Numbered from the stretch's first letter, positions 1 through 8,725 are shown. The stretch: DNA of 32,000 nucleotides from Ignicoccus hospitalis KIN4/I (GCF_000017945.1 NC_009776.1:1260001-1292000), one strand, 5' to 3'. Program-made: numbers and translations. Notes: a model not told the origin generated them from the sequence alone.

Positions 1-1743
1 GGGGTTGTAGTTGAGCGTTATCACTTCTTCGGCGCCGTACTTTCTTAACGACCTAACTAACGATACCACGGCCCAATCAAATTCTACTGAGATCCCTATC
101 TTGAAGACTCCCGCTCCGAGTACCATAGTCTTGTACCTCTTGTCTGTGAATTTCACGTCATCCTCAGTGCCGTCATAAGTCAAGTACAAGTAGTTAGTTA
201 CCGCGGGCCACTCCGCCGCTAGGGTGTCTATCCTCTTAACCTTAGGTAATAGACCAGTCCTTATATCCACCTTCAGTTCCTTGTCACTGAAGCCAAGTAT
301 CTTCGAATACTCGTAGTCGGCAGCGCTTCTTTCGATCTCTTTCTTCTGTTCTACCACTTCTTTTATCCAATGTAAGAAGTACTTGTCTACCCCATACGCC
401 TCGTGTACCTCGTCCAGCGTGGCCCCTTCGTATATCGCCTTAGCAGCGTACAGGGGCCAATACGGCTCCCTCTTCCGGAGCTTTTCTAAGGCCTCCTCCT
501 TACTCTTTACCTTTATTGGCTCAAAGTCTGTTATCCCCTCCACCCCTATGTCTAACATCCTAAAGGCCTTCTGGAGGGCCTCTGCAACGTTCCTACCAAT
601 CGCCATTACCTCCCCTACACTCTTCATCTCGCTGTCGAGACTTTTTTCAACGCCTTCGAATTTATCCAAATCCCACCTTGGAACCTTAATCACGACGTAG
701 TCTAAACTGGGTTCGAAGCAAGCACACGTGGCACCGGTGACTTTGTTCAGGATTTCCCAAAGTTTGTAGCCCAGCGCCAGTTTCGCAGCGACGTACGCCA
801 ACGGATATCCGGTAGCCTTGCTCGCTAGGGCGCTCGACCTACTCATCCTGGGGTTCGTCTCTATAACGTAATAAGTCTCGCCGCGCGGGTCGAGGGCCAG
901 CTGGACGTTCCCTTCCCCAACTAATCCAATGACTTCTGCCACCCTAATTGAGGCATCTCTCAATATCTGGTACTCTCTGTTGGTTAACGTCTGACAAGGC
1001 GCTATCACCACTGAGTCGCCCGTGTGGACCCCCATGGGATCTAAGTTCTCTAAGCACGCCACAGCTACCGAATTGTTGTATGCATCCCTAACCACCTCAA
1101 ATTCTATCTCCTTCCAATGGTGGAGGTACTTCTCTACCAGCACTCTCCCGACCGCGCTCTGCGCGAAAGCCCTCACGACCCACTTCTCGAGTTCTCTTCT
1201 ATTCCATGCAATGAAGCTGCCCTTACCGCCCAAGGTGAACGCTATCCTCACTATTACCGGATATCCCAACCTTTCCGCTATCTCCAACGCTTCGTCCACA
1301 TTACTCGCCGCCTCGCTAGGGGGCATTGGGATTCCGTTTTCCTTCATAGTCTTGGCAAACAGAGTCTTGTCGGTGGCTTTCTTTATACCCTCTATGGGCG
1401 TTCCTATCACCTTCACGCCGTACTTCTGCAAGACGCCGCTTTCCCAGAGCTCCACCCCTAACGTGAGGGCCGTCTGTCCGCCGAAGCCTATGAGTATGCC
1501 GTCGGGCCTCTCGGCCTCAATTATTTTTTCTAGTATGTCCCTCCTCAGCGGAACGAAGTACAACTTGTCGCTCATCTCTTTGGTGGTTTGAACTGTCGCC
1601 ACGTTAGGGTTTACTAGTATGGTTTCTATACCTTCCTCGCGGAGGGCCTTCAGCGCTTGGCTCGTGCTATAATCGAACTCGGCCGCCTCGCCTATCTTGA
1701 TTGCGCCGGAGCCTATAATCAAAACGCTCCTCAAGTCGTTCAT
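1..1743 (-). CDS. carB: Carbamoyl-phosphate synthase large subunit, N-terminal 581 codons (gene runs off the left edge)
   Basis: The minus-strand frame is open from the ATG (1743-1741) to the window edge. It is absent from the ORF track because no stop lies in the window. My translation, [66 protein letters not shown], is a canonical CarB N-terminus. The ATGA start/stop overlap with carA matches the usual carA-carB order. Confidence 0.9.
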   Translation of the reverse strand, partial: MNDLRSVLIIGSGAIKIGEAAEFDYSTSQALKALREEGIETILVNPNVATVQTTKEMSDKLYFVPLRRDILEKIIEAERPDGILIGFGGQTALTLGVELWESGVLQKYGVKVIGTPIEGIKKATDKTLFAKTMKENGIPMPPSEAASNVDEALEIAERLGYPVIVRIAFTLGGKGSFIAWNRRELEKWVVRAFAQSAVGRVLVEKYLHHWKEIEFEVVRDAYNNSVAVACLENLDPMGVHTGDSVVIAPCQTLTNREYQILRDASIRVAEVIGLVGEGNVQLALDPRGETYYVIETNPRMSRSSALASKATGYPLAYVAAKLALGYKLWEILNKVTGATCACFEPSLDYVVIKVPRWDLDKFEGVEKSLDSEMKSVGEVMAIGRNVAEALQKAFRMLDIGVEGITDFEPIKVKSKEEALEKLRKREPYWPLYAAKAIYEGATLDEVHEAYGVDKYFLHWIKEVVEQKKEIERSAADYEYSKILGFSDKELKVDIRTGLLPKVKRIDTLAAEWPAVTNYLYLTYDGTEDDVKFTDKRYKTMVLGAGVFKIGISVEFDWAVVSLVRSLRKYGAEEVITLNYNP

Positions 1744-2861
1744 TGAGCCTTCACCTCAGAGGCGAACTTGTCGAAAATCCACAAGGTGTCGTGAGGACCC
1801 GGGGAGGATTCTGGGTGGAACTGGACGCTGAAAACTGGCCTCTTCGGGTCCTTGCTTATCACCCCCTCGAGGGTGTTGTCATCAGGGTTCACGAACCACT
1901 TCCTAAACTTTACGTTGTCTATAGTTTTCGGGTCCACCGCGTATCCGTGGTTCTCGCTAACTATGAAGCACCTCCCCTCTGAGTCCTTGACGGGCTTGTT
2001 AACCCCCCTATGACCGTACTTCATTTTGTAAACCCGGCCTCCGAAGGTCATGTTTAGGATTTGATGACCTAAGCATATGGCTAGGATGGGCAGTCCGAGT
2101 TCGTATGCGGCCTCTACGAACTTGTGTAAGTTATACTTCTCCATCGCCATCGTGGGGTTTCCAGGGCCGTTGGCGAGCACAACTCCTTTAACTTCATCCA
2201 GTATCTTTAGCCCTTCTCCGCAAGGGACTCTGATCACCTTGAGGCCTCGAGAAGCGAGCTCCCTTACGATTCCGTATTTGACTCCACAATCCAAGAGCGC
2301 GACCGGCTCGCCCGAGCCGTGTTCCATCACCTTAGGGGGGCGCACTGAGGAGACGTAATCAACCTCGTCGTACCTCGGCGCGCTTTCCAGTGCCCTTATC
2401 GCATCTTCCACGTCTCCGGTAGTGGTAATGGCGCCCATCATCACTCCTTTTTCCCTTATCTTTTTGACCAACATCCTAGTGTCCACGCCTTGAATGCCCG
2501 GCACGCCCTCTTCCTTGAACCACTCGTCCAAATCCTTAACCGACGCCCAGTGGTTGGGTTTGGTCAACCTAGCTATTACGAAGCCCTCTACCTTTATACC
2601 GTTAGATTCATAGTGGAGAGGTAAGTTGCTCTTTGGATCAATAATGTTGGGGTCGGGCACGCCGTAGTTGCCGACCATGGGGTGAGTCATAATCAGTATT
2701 TGACCTTTGTAGGAAGGGTCCGTGAGCGCTTCTGGGTAGCCGTTCATCGTGGTGGTGAAGACTACCTCCCCGACCCTAACGGCCCGGGCACCGAACGCGC
2801 AGCCCTCGAATATGCTTAGGTCCTCTAGCACTAAGAACGCCTTATCCCCTCGACATCTCAA
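1740..2861 (-). CDS. carA: Carbamoyl-phosphate synthase small (glutamine amidotransferase) subunit
   Basis: 373-aa ORF with [16 protein letters not shown]...[21 protein letters not shown] at the N-terminus. It carries the class-I GATase motifs [10 protein letters not shown] and QFHPES. It is translationally coupled to carB. Confidence 0.93.
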   Translation of the reverse strand: MRCRGDKAFLVLEDLSIFEGCAFGARAVRVGEVVFTTTMNGYPEALTDPSYKGQILIMTHPMVGNYGVPDPNIIDPKSNLPLHYESNGIKVEGFVIARLTKPNHWASVKDLDEWFKEEGVPGIQGVDTRMLVKKIREKGVMMGAITTTGDVEDAIRALESAPRYDEVDYVSSVRPPKVMEHGSGEPVALLDCGVKYGIVRELASRGLKVIRVPCGEGLKILDEVKGVVLANGPGNPTMAMEKYNLHKFVEAAYELGLPILAICLGHQILNMTFGGRVYKMKYGHRGVNKPVKDSEGRCFIVSENHGYAVDPKTIDNVKFRKWFVNPDDNTLEGVISKDPKRPVFSVQFHPESSPGPHDTLWIFDKFASEVKAQ

Positions 2862-2892
2862 TAGGACCCGCGTCTGAAGGCTTCAAAGGGGG

Positions 2893-2900
2893 TTTATATA
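2893..2900. promoter_or_regulatory. A/T box TTTATATA (TATATAAA on the other strand), candidate shared TATA element for divergent carA and thiolase
   Basis: This is the only A/T-rich octamer in the 74-nt divergent spacer. It lies 31 nt from the carA ATG (2861) and 35 nt from the thiolase ATG (2936), which fits archaeal TATA spacing with very short leaders. Confidence 0.45.
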
Positions 2901-2935
2901 GTATAACTAAAGCTTCTTCAATCACATGTCTAAAC

Positions 2936-4177
2936 ATGCATAAGCGATATATGCACTCGGGCGCCCCGGCTTGGGGTGGGCTTCCAGTGAGCGAAATATA
3001 CATAATTTCGGCCGTGAGGACGCCGATAGGCAAGTTCCTCGGCTCGCTGAGCGGAATCCCCGCTCCAGACTTAGCCGCCATAGCCGCTAAAGAGGCAATA
3101 AAGAGGGCCGGAATAGAGCCCAAGGACGTAGACTTCTACGCGTTCGGTAACGTGATAGGGGCGGCTGTAGGTCAAAACCCCGCCCGCAGAACCGCGTTGT
3201 TAGCGGGCATCCCATACGAAGTGGACGGCCATACGGTAAACTTGGTCTGTTCTTCGGGAATGATGGCAATGATAGACGCTATAAGGGCCTTCAAGGCCGG
3301 AGACGCGAAAATAGCCCTCGTAGGCGGCATGGAAAGTATGAGCAGGGCTCCCCTCTGCCTGCCTCCCGAAGCTAGGAGCGGGATAAAGCACTTGGTAGGA
3401 AGGGAGGCAAAGCTCATAGACACCATGGTACTGGACGGACTAACCGACTCTTGGAACTGGCAGCTAATGGGCGTAGAAGCGGACATGACTGCTAAGAAGT
3501 ACGGAGCGAAGAGGGAAGAACTGGACTGGATCGCTTATCAGAGCCACATGAGGGCGGCCAAAGCGACCGACGAAGGAATTTTTGAGAAGGAGATTGTGCC
3601 GATAGAGGTTAAGACTAAGAAAGGCGTCGTAACGATAAAAAGCGACGAGGGGATTAGGAGGGACACCAGCCCAGAGAAGTTAGCCAAGCTTCCCCCGGCC
3701 TTCACGCCCGACGGGGTACACACAGCCGGCAACAGCTCCCAACTGAGCGACGGCGCGGCCGCTCTGATAATGGCTCCAGAAGAAGTCGTGAACGAGTACG
3801 GCCTCAAGCCCGTAGCTAGGGTCCTAGCCTACGACATAGTGGGTTTGAAGCCTGAAGACTTCGTGGAGGCGCCAGTTCCCGGAATAAAGAGGATATCAGA
3901 AAAGGTCGGCGTTAAGCCAGACGACTGGGACCTCTACGAGGTCAACGAGGCGTTTGCAATAAGCTTGTGGTTGCCTCACCACCTCTTAGGAATACCTTAC
4001 GAGCGGATGAACGTACACGGCGGCGCCATAGCGATAGGCCACCCCTTGGGCGCCTCCGGCGCCAGAATAGTAGTAACCTTGATTAACGCTCTAAAGACCC
4101 ACAACAAGAGCCGGGGGGTCGCGACCCTCTGTCACGGAACTGGAGGGGGGAGCACCCTAGCGATCGAAGTGTTTTAA
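2936..4177 (+). CDS. Acetyl-CoA C-acetyltransferase (AtoB-type thiolase / acetoacetyl-CoA beta-ketothiolase)
   Basis: Thiolase motifs are present: SAVRTPIGKF, the catalytic Cys in NLVCSSGMMAM, NEAFA, GGAIAIGHPLGASGARI and LCHGTGGG. The true start may be the in-frame GTG at 2987 (VSEIYIISAVRTPIGKF). Confidence 0.9.
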   Translation: MHKRYMHSGAPAWGGLPVSEIYIISAVRTPIGKFLGSLSGIPAPDLAAIAAKEAIKRAGIEPKDVDFYAFGNVIGAAVGQNPARRTALLAGIPYEVDGHTVNLVCSSGMMAMIDAIRAFKAGDAKIALVGGMESMSRAPLCLPPEARSGIKHLVGREAKLIDTMVLDGLTDSWNWQLMGVEADMTAKKYGAKREELDWIAYQSHMRAAKATDEGIFEKEIVPIEVKTKKGVVTIKSDEGIRRDTSPEKLAKLPPAFTPDGVHTAGNSSQLSDGAAALIMAPEEVVNEYGLKPVARVLAYDIVGLKPEDFVEAPVPGIKRISEKVGVKPDDWDLYEVNEAFAISLWLPHHLLGIPYERMNVHGGAIAIGHPLGASGARIVVTLINALKTHNKSRGVATLCHGTGGGSTLAIEVF

Positions 4178-4267
4178 GCCCGGCTCCGACTCGCGACGTC
4201 CTTTGTTAAAGGATCATCAATTAGAAGCCTTATTCGACTGAGGATCCCTCACTACTGGAAATAAAGT

Positions 4268-4275
4268 ATTTAAAT
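4268..4275 (+). promoter_or_regulatory. A/T box ATTTAAAT upstream of lysW
   Basis: Lies 33 nt upstream of the TTG at 4309. A GGGAGG Shine-Dalgarno-like run (4298-4303) sits between the box and the start. Confidence 0.4.
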
Positions 4276-4308
4276 AGAATTGCCCCGCTCGTCTGCGGGA
4301 GGGAAGCC

Positions 4309-4479
4309 TTGAAGGCGAAGTGTCCCGTGTGCGGCGCCGAGATAGAGCTCCCCGACGACGTCATGGACGGAGAGATAGTGGAGTGTCCCCAATGCGGCGC
4401 CACCCTGGAGGTCAAGAAGAGTGGGGACAAGGTGGAACTGAAGGTAGCCGAAGAAGTGGGAGAGGACTGGGGCCAGTAG
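4309..4479 (+). CDS. lysW: LysW-type amino-group carrier protein (zinc ribbon plus acidic tail), 56 aa
   Basis: Hand-translated; it is below the ORF-track size cutoff and starts with TTG. Sequence: MKAKCPVCGAEIELPDDVMDGEIVECPQCGATLEVKKSGDKVELKVAEEVGEDWGQ*. It has two CPxCG knuckles and an acidic tail ending EDWG-x, and sits immediately upstream of a LysX-family ligase. The terminal residue is Gln (CAG 4474-4476), not the usual Glu. Confidence 0.8.
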   Translation: MKAKCPVCGAEIELPDDVMDGEIVECPQCGATLEVKKSGDKVELKVAEEVGEDWGQ

Positions 4480-4489
4480 CGAGCAGGGG

Positions 4490-5353
4490 GTGGAGGTGAG
4501 GTGGTTCCACCTCGTTGTGAAGGTCTATTATGATTTGCCCCGTGTCGAAGAGAAGCTGATAATAAAGTCGTTAGAGTCCCACGGACTTGAGACGGTTCCC
4601 GTCAACGTAACCAAGGAGCCGTTGCCCCTACAAGGCATAGAAGAACACGTACCAATAGTACGAGCCGTAAGCATGTTCAGATCTACTTACACCTCGGCTG
4701 TCCTCGAAGCAAACGGCATGAAACCCATAAACAGTGCTTACACAATCATGTTCTCCGGAGACAAGGTTCTAACGTACTCAGCCCTGGCATCTCACGGGAT
4801 ACCCATACCCAAGACCGTGATAGCCCTCAACGGGGACTCTACCGAAAAGGCTTACGCCAGCGTGGGGTTCCCACTCGTGGACAAGCCCCCTATAGGGAGC
4901 TGGGGGAGGCTGGTGAGCTTAGTAAGGGACTGGCACGAAGCCAAGATCGTAATAGAACATAGATCTATGATGAACAGCCCCCAAATGAAGGTACACATAG
5001 TTCAAGAATACGTCAAAATGCCGGAGAACAGAGACATAAGGTGTTTCGTAATTGGGGGTAACTGCTTGGGCTGTATCTACCGCGTACCCAGCGAGGGCGA
5101 GTGGAGGTCCAACGTAGCCCTCGGAGGGAAGGTGAGGGCCTTGAAGGACTCGACGGAGCCGTGCGAGCTGGCGGTAAAGGCCGCGGAGGCTCTGAAGGGA
5201 GAAGTGGTATCGATAGATATCTTTGAAGGGAAGGAAGGATACTTAGTGAACGAGGTGAACGGCGTCCCGGAGTTTAAAGGGTTTATGAAGGCTACGGGTA
5301 TTAATGTGGGAGACGAAATAGCGAAGTACGTCTACGAGAGGGTTAAGAGATGA
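4490..5353 (+). CDS. lysX: LysX/ArgX-family ATP-grasp ligase (RimK superfamily; LysW-amino acid ligase)
   Basis: Matches remembered Thermus LysX blocks: KVYYDLPRVEEK, PLVDKPPIGSWGRLVSL, VQEYVKMPENRDIRCFVIGG, LVNEVNGVPEFKG and TGINVGDEIAKY. The more likely start is the GTG at 4517 (MKVYYD...), preceded by GGTGAGGTGG. Confidence 0.85.
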   Translation: MEVRWFHLVVKVYYDLPRVEEKLIIKSLESHGLETVPVNVTKEPLPLQGIEEHVPIVRAVSMFRSTYTSAVLEANGMKPINSAYTIMFSGDKVLTYSALASHGIPIPKTVIALNGDSTEKAYASVGFPLVDKPPIGSWGRLVSLVRDWHEAKIVIEHRSMMNSPQMKVHIVQEYVKMPENRDIRCFVIGGNCLGCIYRVPSEGEWRSNVALGGKVRALKDSTEPCELAVKAAEALKGEVVSIDIFEGKEGYLVNEVNGVPEFKGFMKATGINVGDEIAKYVYERVKR

Positions 5354-5383
5354 GTTTATCAAGCGGCCACCGCGCGGGGGCAA

Positions 5384-5391
5384 GTTTTTGT
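5384..5391 (+). terminator. Oligo-T tract (GTTTTTGT) downstream of lysX
   Basis: A T5 run lies 30 nt after the lysX stop, in the spacer where lysX and the HIT gene converge. Archaeal terminators are typically oligo-T. Confidence 0.3.
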
Positions 5392-5405
5392 ACGTGAAAC
5401 AAACT

Positions 5406-5900
5406 CTAGGAACCCAGCTCCTCGAAACCCTTCCTCAACCTTCTCCACGTCTCGTTCAGAGCTTCGGGAAGCACCTTCGTCCTCGATATTATGGTCATAA
5501 AGTTCGCGTCCCCGCACCACCGGGGGACCACGTGTAGGTGTAAGTGACCGGGTATGCCCGCGCCGGCCGCCCTCCCTAAGTTCCAACCCGCGTTGATGCC
5601 CTCTGGCCTGTACTCTCTTCTAAGGACTTCGACCGAACGCTTGAATAGCTTCACCATCTCGAGGATCTCGGCGTCGTCCATTTCAGTTACGTCGCTTACA
5701 TGTCGATAAGGGACTATCATGAGATGACCCGTGTTATAGGGAAAAGCATTCAACACCACGTAGTTGTATTTCCCTCTGTATAGTATTAGAGCTTCCTCGT
5801 CGTCCATGTTCGGAAGCTCGCAGAACACGCACTTCCCCTCCTCCTTGCCGGCCTTCTCTACGTACTGCATCCTCCACGGCGTCCACAGTACGTCGAACAC
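5406..5900 (-). CDS. HIT-family nucleotide hydrolase/transferase (Ap4A-phosphorylase-like subgroup)
   Basis: Histidine-triad motif GHLHLHVVPR. The N-terminal WRMQYV and the CVFC motif are typical of this HIT subgroup. A GAGGTGAGG SD precedes the ATG, and the gene lies 6 nt downstream of the peptidase gene. Confidence 0.85.
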   Translation of the reverse strand: MFDVLWTPWRMQYVEKAGKEEGKCVFCELPNMDDEEALILYRGKYNYVVLNAFPYNTGHLMIVPYRHVSDVTEMDDAEILEMVKLFKRSVEVLRREYRPEGINAGWNLGRAAGAGIPGHLHLHVVPRWCGDANFMTIISRTKVLPEALNETWRRLRKGFEELGS

Positions 5901-5906
5901 CTGGCC

Positions 5907-6698
5907 TCACCTCGTTAGCAACCAACGAATAGGTATATCTCCTATGAGCAGCGCCACTAGGAGTCCCCCAGTGATGTAGATAATGAAAGGTATACCATAA
6001 GTGACGAATATCTTCTCGTCCTCGCTCAAGAAGCCAGCATCCACGAACTCTTTAATCTTCCTTTGATGATCTTCGTACTCTTCGTCTATAGAGAAAGTGG
6101 TTCGGAGGAGGCGTTCTACTTTATCGTCTTTATATTGTACCAATTCCAGCGGGAACCAGAATTTCATTTTAAAATAATCCTTCACTTTGACTACTCTAGC
6201 TGAGGTCGCTAGGCGCAAGAGCTTTAAGCCTGTAACGTTTAATTCCTTCGCGTGTGAGACGAAGTCGTCGTTTAACAGGTTGGAAATCAACCTCAAGGGG
6301 ACCCACAAGGCGGCCAGGATCGTTGAGTAAAGCAAGGTTAGCAGAGGTACTGGCAGCAGCGCCCTAGGGCCGCCCAACGCGAAGGGGTACCAAGGCATGT
6401 CTACCGTTATGAATAGGAAAGCGAGTACGTCAGCCCCGCCCATCATGTTCCTTAACATTAGAAGGGCGAGTACCAGAATTATTATCGCTCCGCTCAAGAA
6501 TGAAAAGACTACGTAGTCCCCCAAGCCGGCGGAACTCAGGGTAACCGCCTCGTAAAGGGATGCCGGGAGCGCGAGAAGCGCTGCGGTCGCCCAGAGCTTC
6601 GGCGGTATTTCTCTGGTCTTCCAATCGAGGTACGAGGCGTAACTCAGAACAACCAACGCCAACGCTGTTCTGTAGACGTCCAACAACCACAAGTCCAT
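5907..6698 (-). CDS. A24-family type IV prepilin / preflagellin (archaellin) signal peptidase
   Basis: Polytopic membrane protein. The first catalytic-Asp context is SYLDWKTREIPP and the second is the GxGD-like MGGADVLAF. A soluble insertion before the last TM helices resembles FlaK-type enzymes. Confidence 0.75.
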   Translation of the reverse strand: MDLWLLDVYRTALALVVLSYASYLDWKTREIPPKLWATAALLALPASLYEAVTLSSAGLGDYVVFSFLSGAIIILVLALLMLRNMMGGADVLAFLFITVDMPWYPFALGGPRALLPVPLLTLLYSTILAALWVPLRLISNLLNDDFVSHAKELNVTGLKLLRLATSARVVKVKDYFKMKFWFPLELVQYKDDKVERLLRTTFSIDEEYEDHQRKIKEFVDAGFLSEDEKIFVTYGIPFIIYITGGLLVALLIGDIPIRWLLTR

Positions 6699-6816
6699 TG
6701 GAGTGCCCCAAGGGGTTACGCCCGGGGCGTATAACCTCGGCTGGCTTTTCCTCAGTCATTTGAGGTCCTGCTACCGGGCATGAGTCCTCATTGGCAGTGT
6801 AAGGAGAACGGGGGCG

Positions 6817-6904
6817 TGGTGCGGGGGGTGGGATTTGAACCCACGCCGGCCTACGCCAGCGGGTCTTGAGCCCGCCCCCTTCGACCTGGCTCGGGCACCC
6901 CCGC
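6817..6904 (-). tRNA. tRNA-Leu (anticodon CAA), long variable arm, CCA encoded
   Basis: Folded by hand. Acceptor GCGGGGG/CCCCCGC, anticodon stem GCGGG/CCCGC with loop CTCAAGA, variable arm TGGCGTAGGCCGGC, T arm GTGGG-TTCAAAT-CCCAC, discriminator A, then CCA (6819-6817). Confidence 0.93.
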
Positions 6905-6928
6905 TCCACAGTGCGGGTCACACCTAGG

Positions 6929-6936
6929 ATTATTAA
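6929..6936 (-). promoter_or_regulatory. A/T box TTAATAAT upstream of tRNA-Leu
   Basis: 24 nt separate the box from the mature 5' G (6904). Confidence 0.45.
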
Positions 6937-6943
6937 GTTTGGG

Positions 6944-8113
6944 TCATCCCCCTTCCCTTGAAGACTCTAACATCCTTTCGTAGGTTTTCATCATCACTTT
7001 TACGAAGATCTTGTAAGCCCTCTCAGGGGGGAGTTCGGGGACTGCGGGCAGCTCTTCCGTCCACACGCTCGAGTAAGCGCTCCTTACCCTCTCTGACGTG
7101 ACGATCTCTAGTTCCCCGAGCTTGCGCTCCAACTCTTGCTGAATTTTGTATAGCACGTTCGCCAGCTTGGGCGAGAACCTCCACATGTGTCTCTCGAAGA
7201 AGTCTTCCCAAGGCATATCGTACTCGAAGCGACGGTAAGAAGCCTTGATAGCTTCCTCTATTATACCCGGGTCCTCGACCTCATTCCAAACGCTCTCGTC
7301 CAACTCGTGGAGGGTTTTGTAAGGGCAGAAAGTACACGCCACGCGGGGGAGGCCCTTTAGGTAGTCTGGGTGGACGGCGTTGACCTCCCTAACTATCTTG
7401 ACCACGTCGATAAGGGTCAGTAGGAATATGGGCCTCACCTTCTTGAAGTCGAACACCTTAGGGGTCGTAGGAGAGTGGAAAGACAGCCTCTTGAACCTCT
7501 TGATGGACTCGAACATGCGTTCGCCGTCAGCCCTCACGTAGTCCTTCATCTCCTTCAATACCTTCCTTATCGGCTTTACTTTTTGTGTAGTACACCACCT
7601 GTTCCCCCTGAAGGGCATCCCCTGCTTCAACATGTTTCTCATGATCTCCCTGTCAGCTTCTACCACCACTAACTTGACGCCTAGTCGGTTCGCAACTTTC
7701 TCGACGAAATCCACGTTTCGTGGGTTTTCTAGGTAGCTTACATGGGAATAGAGGAGCGTGACGTCGGCGCCCAAGTCGCTTAAGACCTTGGCCGCCGCGA
7801 CGCTGTCCTTACCCCCAGAGAAGTTCAACACTACCTTAATGTTGGGCGGGACCTTCTCGGACAACCACCTCAAGTACCCTTCGTAGTCTCCTGCAACGGA
7901 GACGAAGGGCCACTTTATGTCTTCGAAGAACCTACCGAAATTTAGCGTAATGCCAGAAACTTTCAACATATTGCCATCAATAAAGTCGTTAATTCTAATT
8001 GCCTTGCGAACGTCTAACCAAAGGTAGACGTCGTCGTTTATCCCGGTAAATTCGGCCGAGTCGACGAGCCACGACGCCACTCTCTTCACCTTTATCTCGG
8101 GATAGCGTTCCAT
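6944..8113 (-). CDS. PP-loop ATP pyrophosphatase, PAPS-reductase-like family, with extra N- and C-terminal regions
   Basis: PP-loop motif LNFSGGKDSVAAA and the PAPS-reductase-like block RGNRWCTTQKVKPI, plus a later CTFCP. The ORF track starts at a GTG at 8137. That lies only 12 nt from the minus-strand A/T box TTAAAATA (8149-8156), so the ATG at 8113 (MERYPEIKVK) is the more plausible start. Confidence 0.75.
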   Translation of the reverse strand: MERYPEIKVKRVASWLVDSAEFTGINDDVYLWLDVRKAIRINDFIDGNMLKVSGITLNFGRFFEDIKWPFVSVAGDYEGYLRWLSEKVPPNIKVVLNFSGGKDSVAAAKVLSDLGADVTLLYSHVSYLENPRNVDFVEKVANRLGVKLVVVEADREIMRNMLKQGMPFRGNRWCTTQKVKPIRKVLKEMKDYVRADGERMFESIKRFKRLSFHSPTTPKVFDFKKVRPIFLLTLIDVVKIVREVNAVHPDYLKGLPRVACTFCPYKTLHELDESVWNEVEDPGIIEEAIKASYRRFEYDMPWEDFFERHMWRFSPKLANVLYKIQQELERKLGELEIVTSERVRSAYSSVWTEELPAVPELPPERAYKIFVKVMMKTYERMLESSREGG

Positions 8114-8148
8114 TGAGGTGCACCGTAACCTTAACACGCGACGAAAGG

Positions 8149-8156
8149 TATTTTAA
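8149..8156 (-). promoter_or_regulatory. A/T box TTAAAATA for the PP-loop ATPase gene
   Basis: Lies 35 nt upstream of the ATG at 8113. Confidence 0.4.
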
Positions 8157-8183
8157 GCGTAGCACGCACACCGTGCGATAAGC

Positions 8184-8191
8184 TTTTATAA
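8184..8191 (+). promoter_or_regulatory. A/T box TTTTATAA upstream of tRNA-Gln
   Basis: 22 nt separate the box from the mature 5' A (8214). Confidence 0.5.
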
Positions 8192-8213
8192 TGTTCGCGA
8201 GAGCAGAACCCGG

Positions 8214-8289
8214 AGCCGGGTCGTCTAGCGGCCAAGGATGCGGGGCTTTGGCCCCCGTGACCGGGGTTCGAATCCCCGCCCGGCTACCA
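8214..8289 (+). tRNA. tRNA-Gln (anticodon TTG), CCA encoded
   Basis: Acceptor AGCCGGG/CCCGGCT, anticodon stem CGGGG/CCCCG with loop CTTTGGC, T arm CGGGG-TTCGAAT-CCCCG, discriminator A, CCA at 8287-8289. Confidence 0.93.
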
Positions 8290-8356
8290 CTTATCCATTC
8301 CCTCCCACAACTACAAAGCCTCAAGCGAGCTTTATTATGGTCCACGGGACCCCGCG

Positions 8357-8725
8357 GTGGGAGCGGAGGCCTTGTCGGTAAACTTCAGGCACGTGGGAGT
8401 AAGGGGGGTCAAGCCCCCGATCGGTACGTGCAACGACCCCGAGTGTCCTTGGCACGGACATCTAAAGGTAAGGGGCACCATTTTGGAGGGTGTAGTAGTC
8501 AAGAAGAAGATGAATAAGGCTGTGGTAGTACGCCACGAGTACTTGTACTACAACAGGAAGTACCAGAGGTACGAGAGGAGGAAGAGTAACATCCACGCCC
8601 GCTTGCCGCCCTGCCTCGCGGACGAGATAAAGGAAGGCGACGTCGTAGTTATTGGAGAGACGCGTCCCCTGGCTAAGAGTATAAGCTTCGTAGTCCTCGG
8701 CAAGAAGGCAGGGGGTGAAGAGTAA
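8357..8725 (+). CDS. rps17: 30S ribosomal protein S17
   Basis: [40 protein letters not shown]...[18 protein letters not shown]...[13 protein letters not shown] matches archaeal S17. The start is uncertain (GTG 8357 or TTG 8372). An A/T box TTTATTAT lies at 8331-8338. Confidence 0.9.
   Translation: MGAEALSVNFRHVGVRGVKPPIGTCNDPECPWHGHLKVRGTILEGVVVKKKMNKAVVVRHEYLYYNRKYQRYERRKSNIHARLPPCLADEIKEGDVVVIGETRPLAKSISFVVLGKKAGGEE

Noticed and set aside
383-1591. Plus-strand ORFs 383-700, 1022-1591 and 1117-1461 from the track
   Set aside because: They lie antisense to the unambiguous carB reading frame and have low-complexity S/T/L/P-rich translations. They are shadow ORFs.
6699-6816. GC-rich 118-nt spacer between the tRNA-Leu 3' end and the prepilin-peptidase start, with short TGAGG/CCTCA repeats
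   Set aside because: It contains only 5-bp stems and imperfect 8-9-nt repeats, which is within chance expectation. It is most simply the tRNA trailer plus a weak promoter (GGTTATACG) for the peptidase gene.
6430-6921. 163-aa minus-strand ORF, and the 8191-8517 plus-strand ORF
   Set aside because: Both run straight through well-folding tRNA genes (Leu and Gln) and promoter spacers. Their R/G/P-rich translations are typical of GC-rich non-coding frames.
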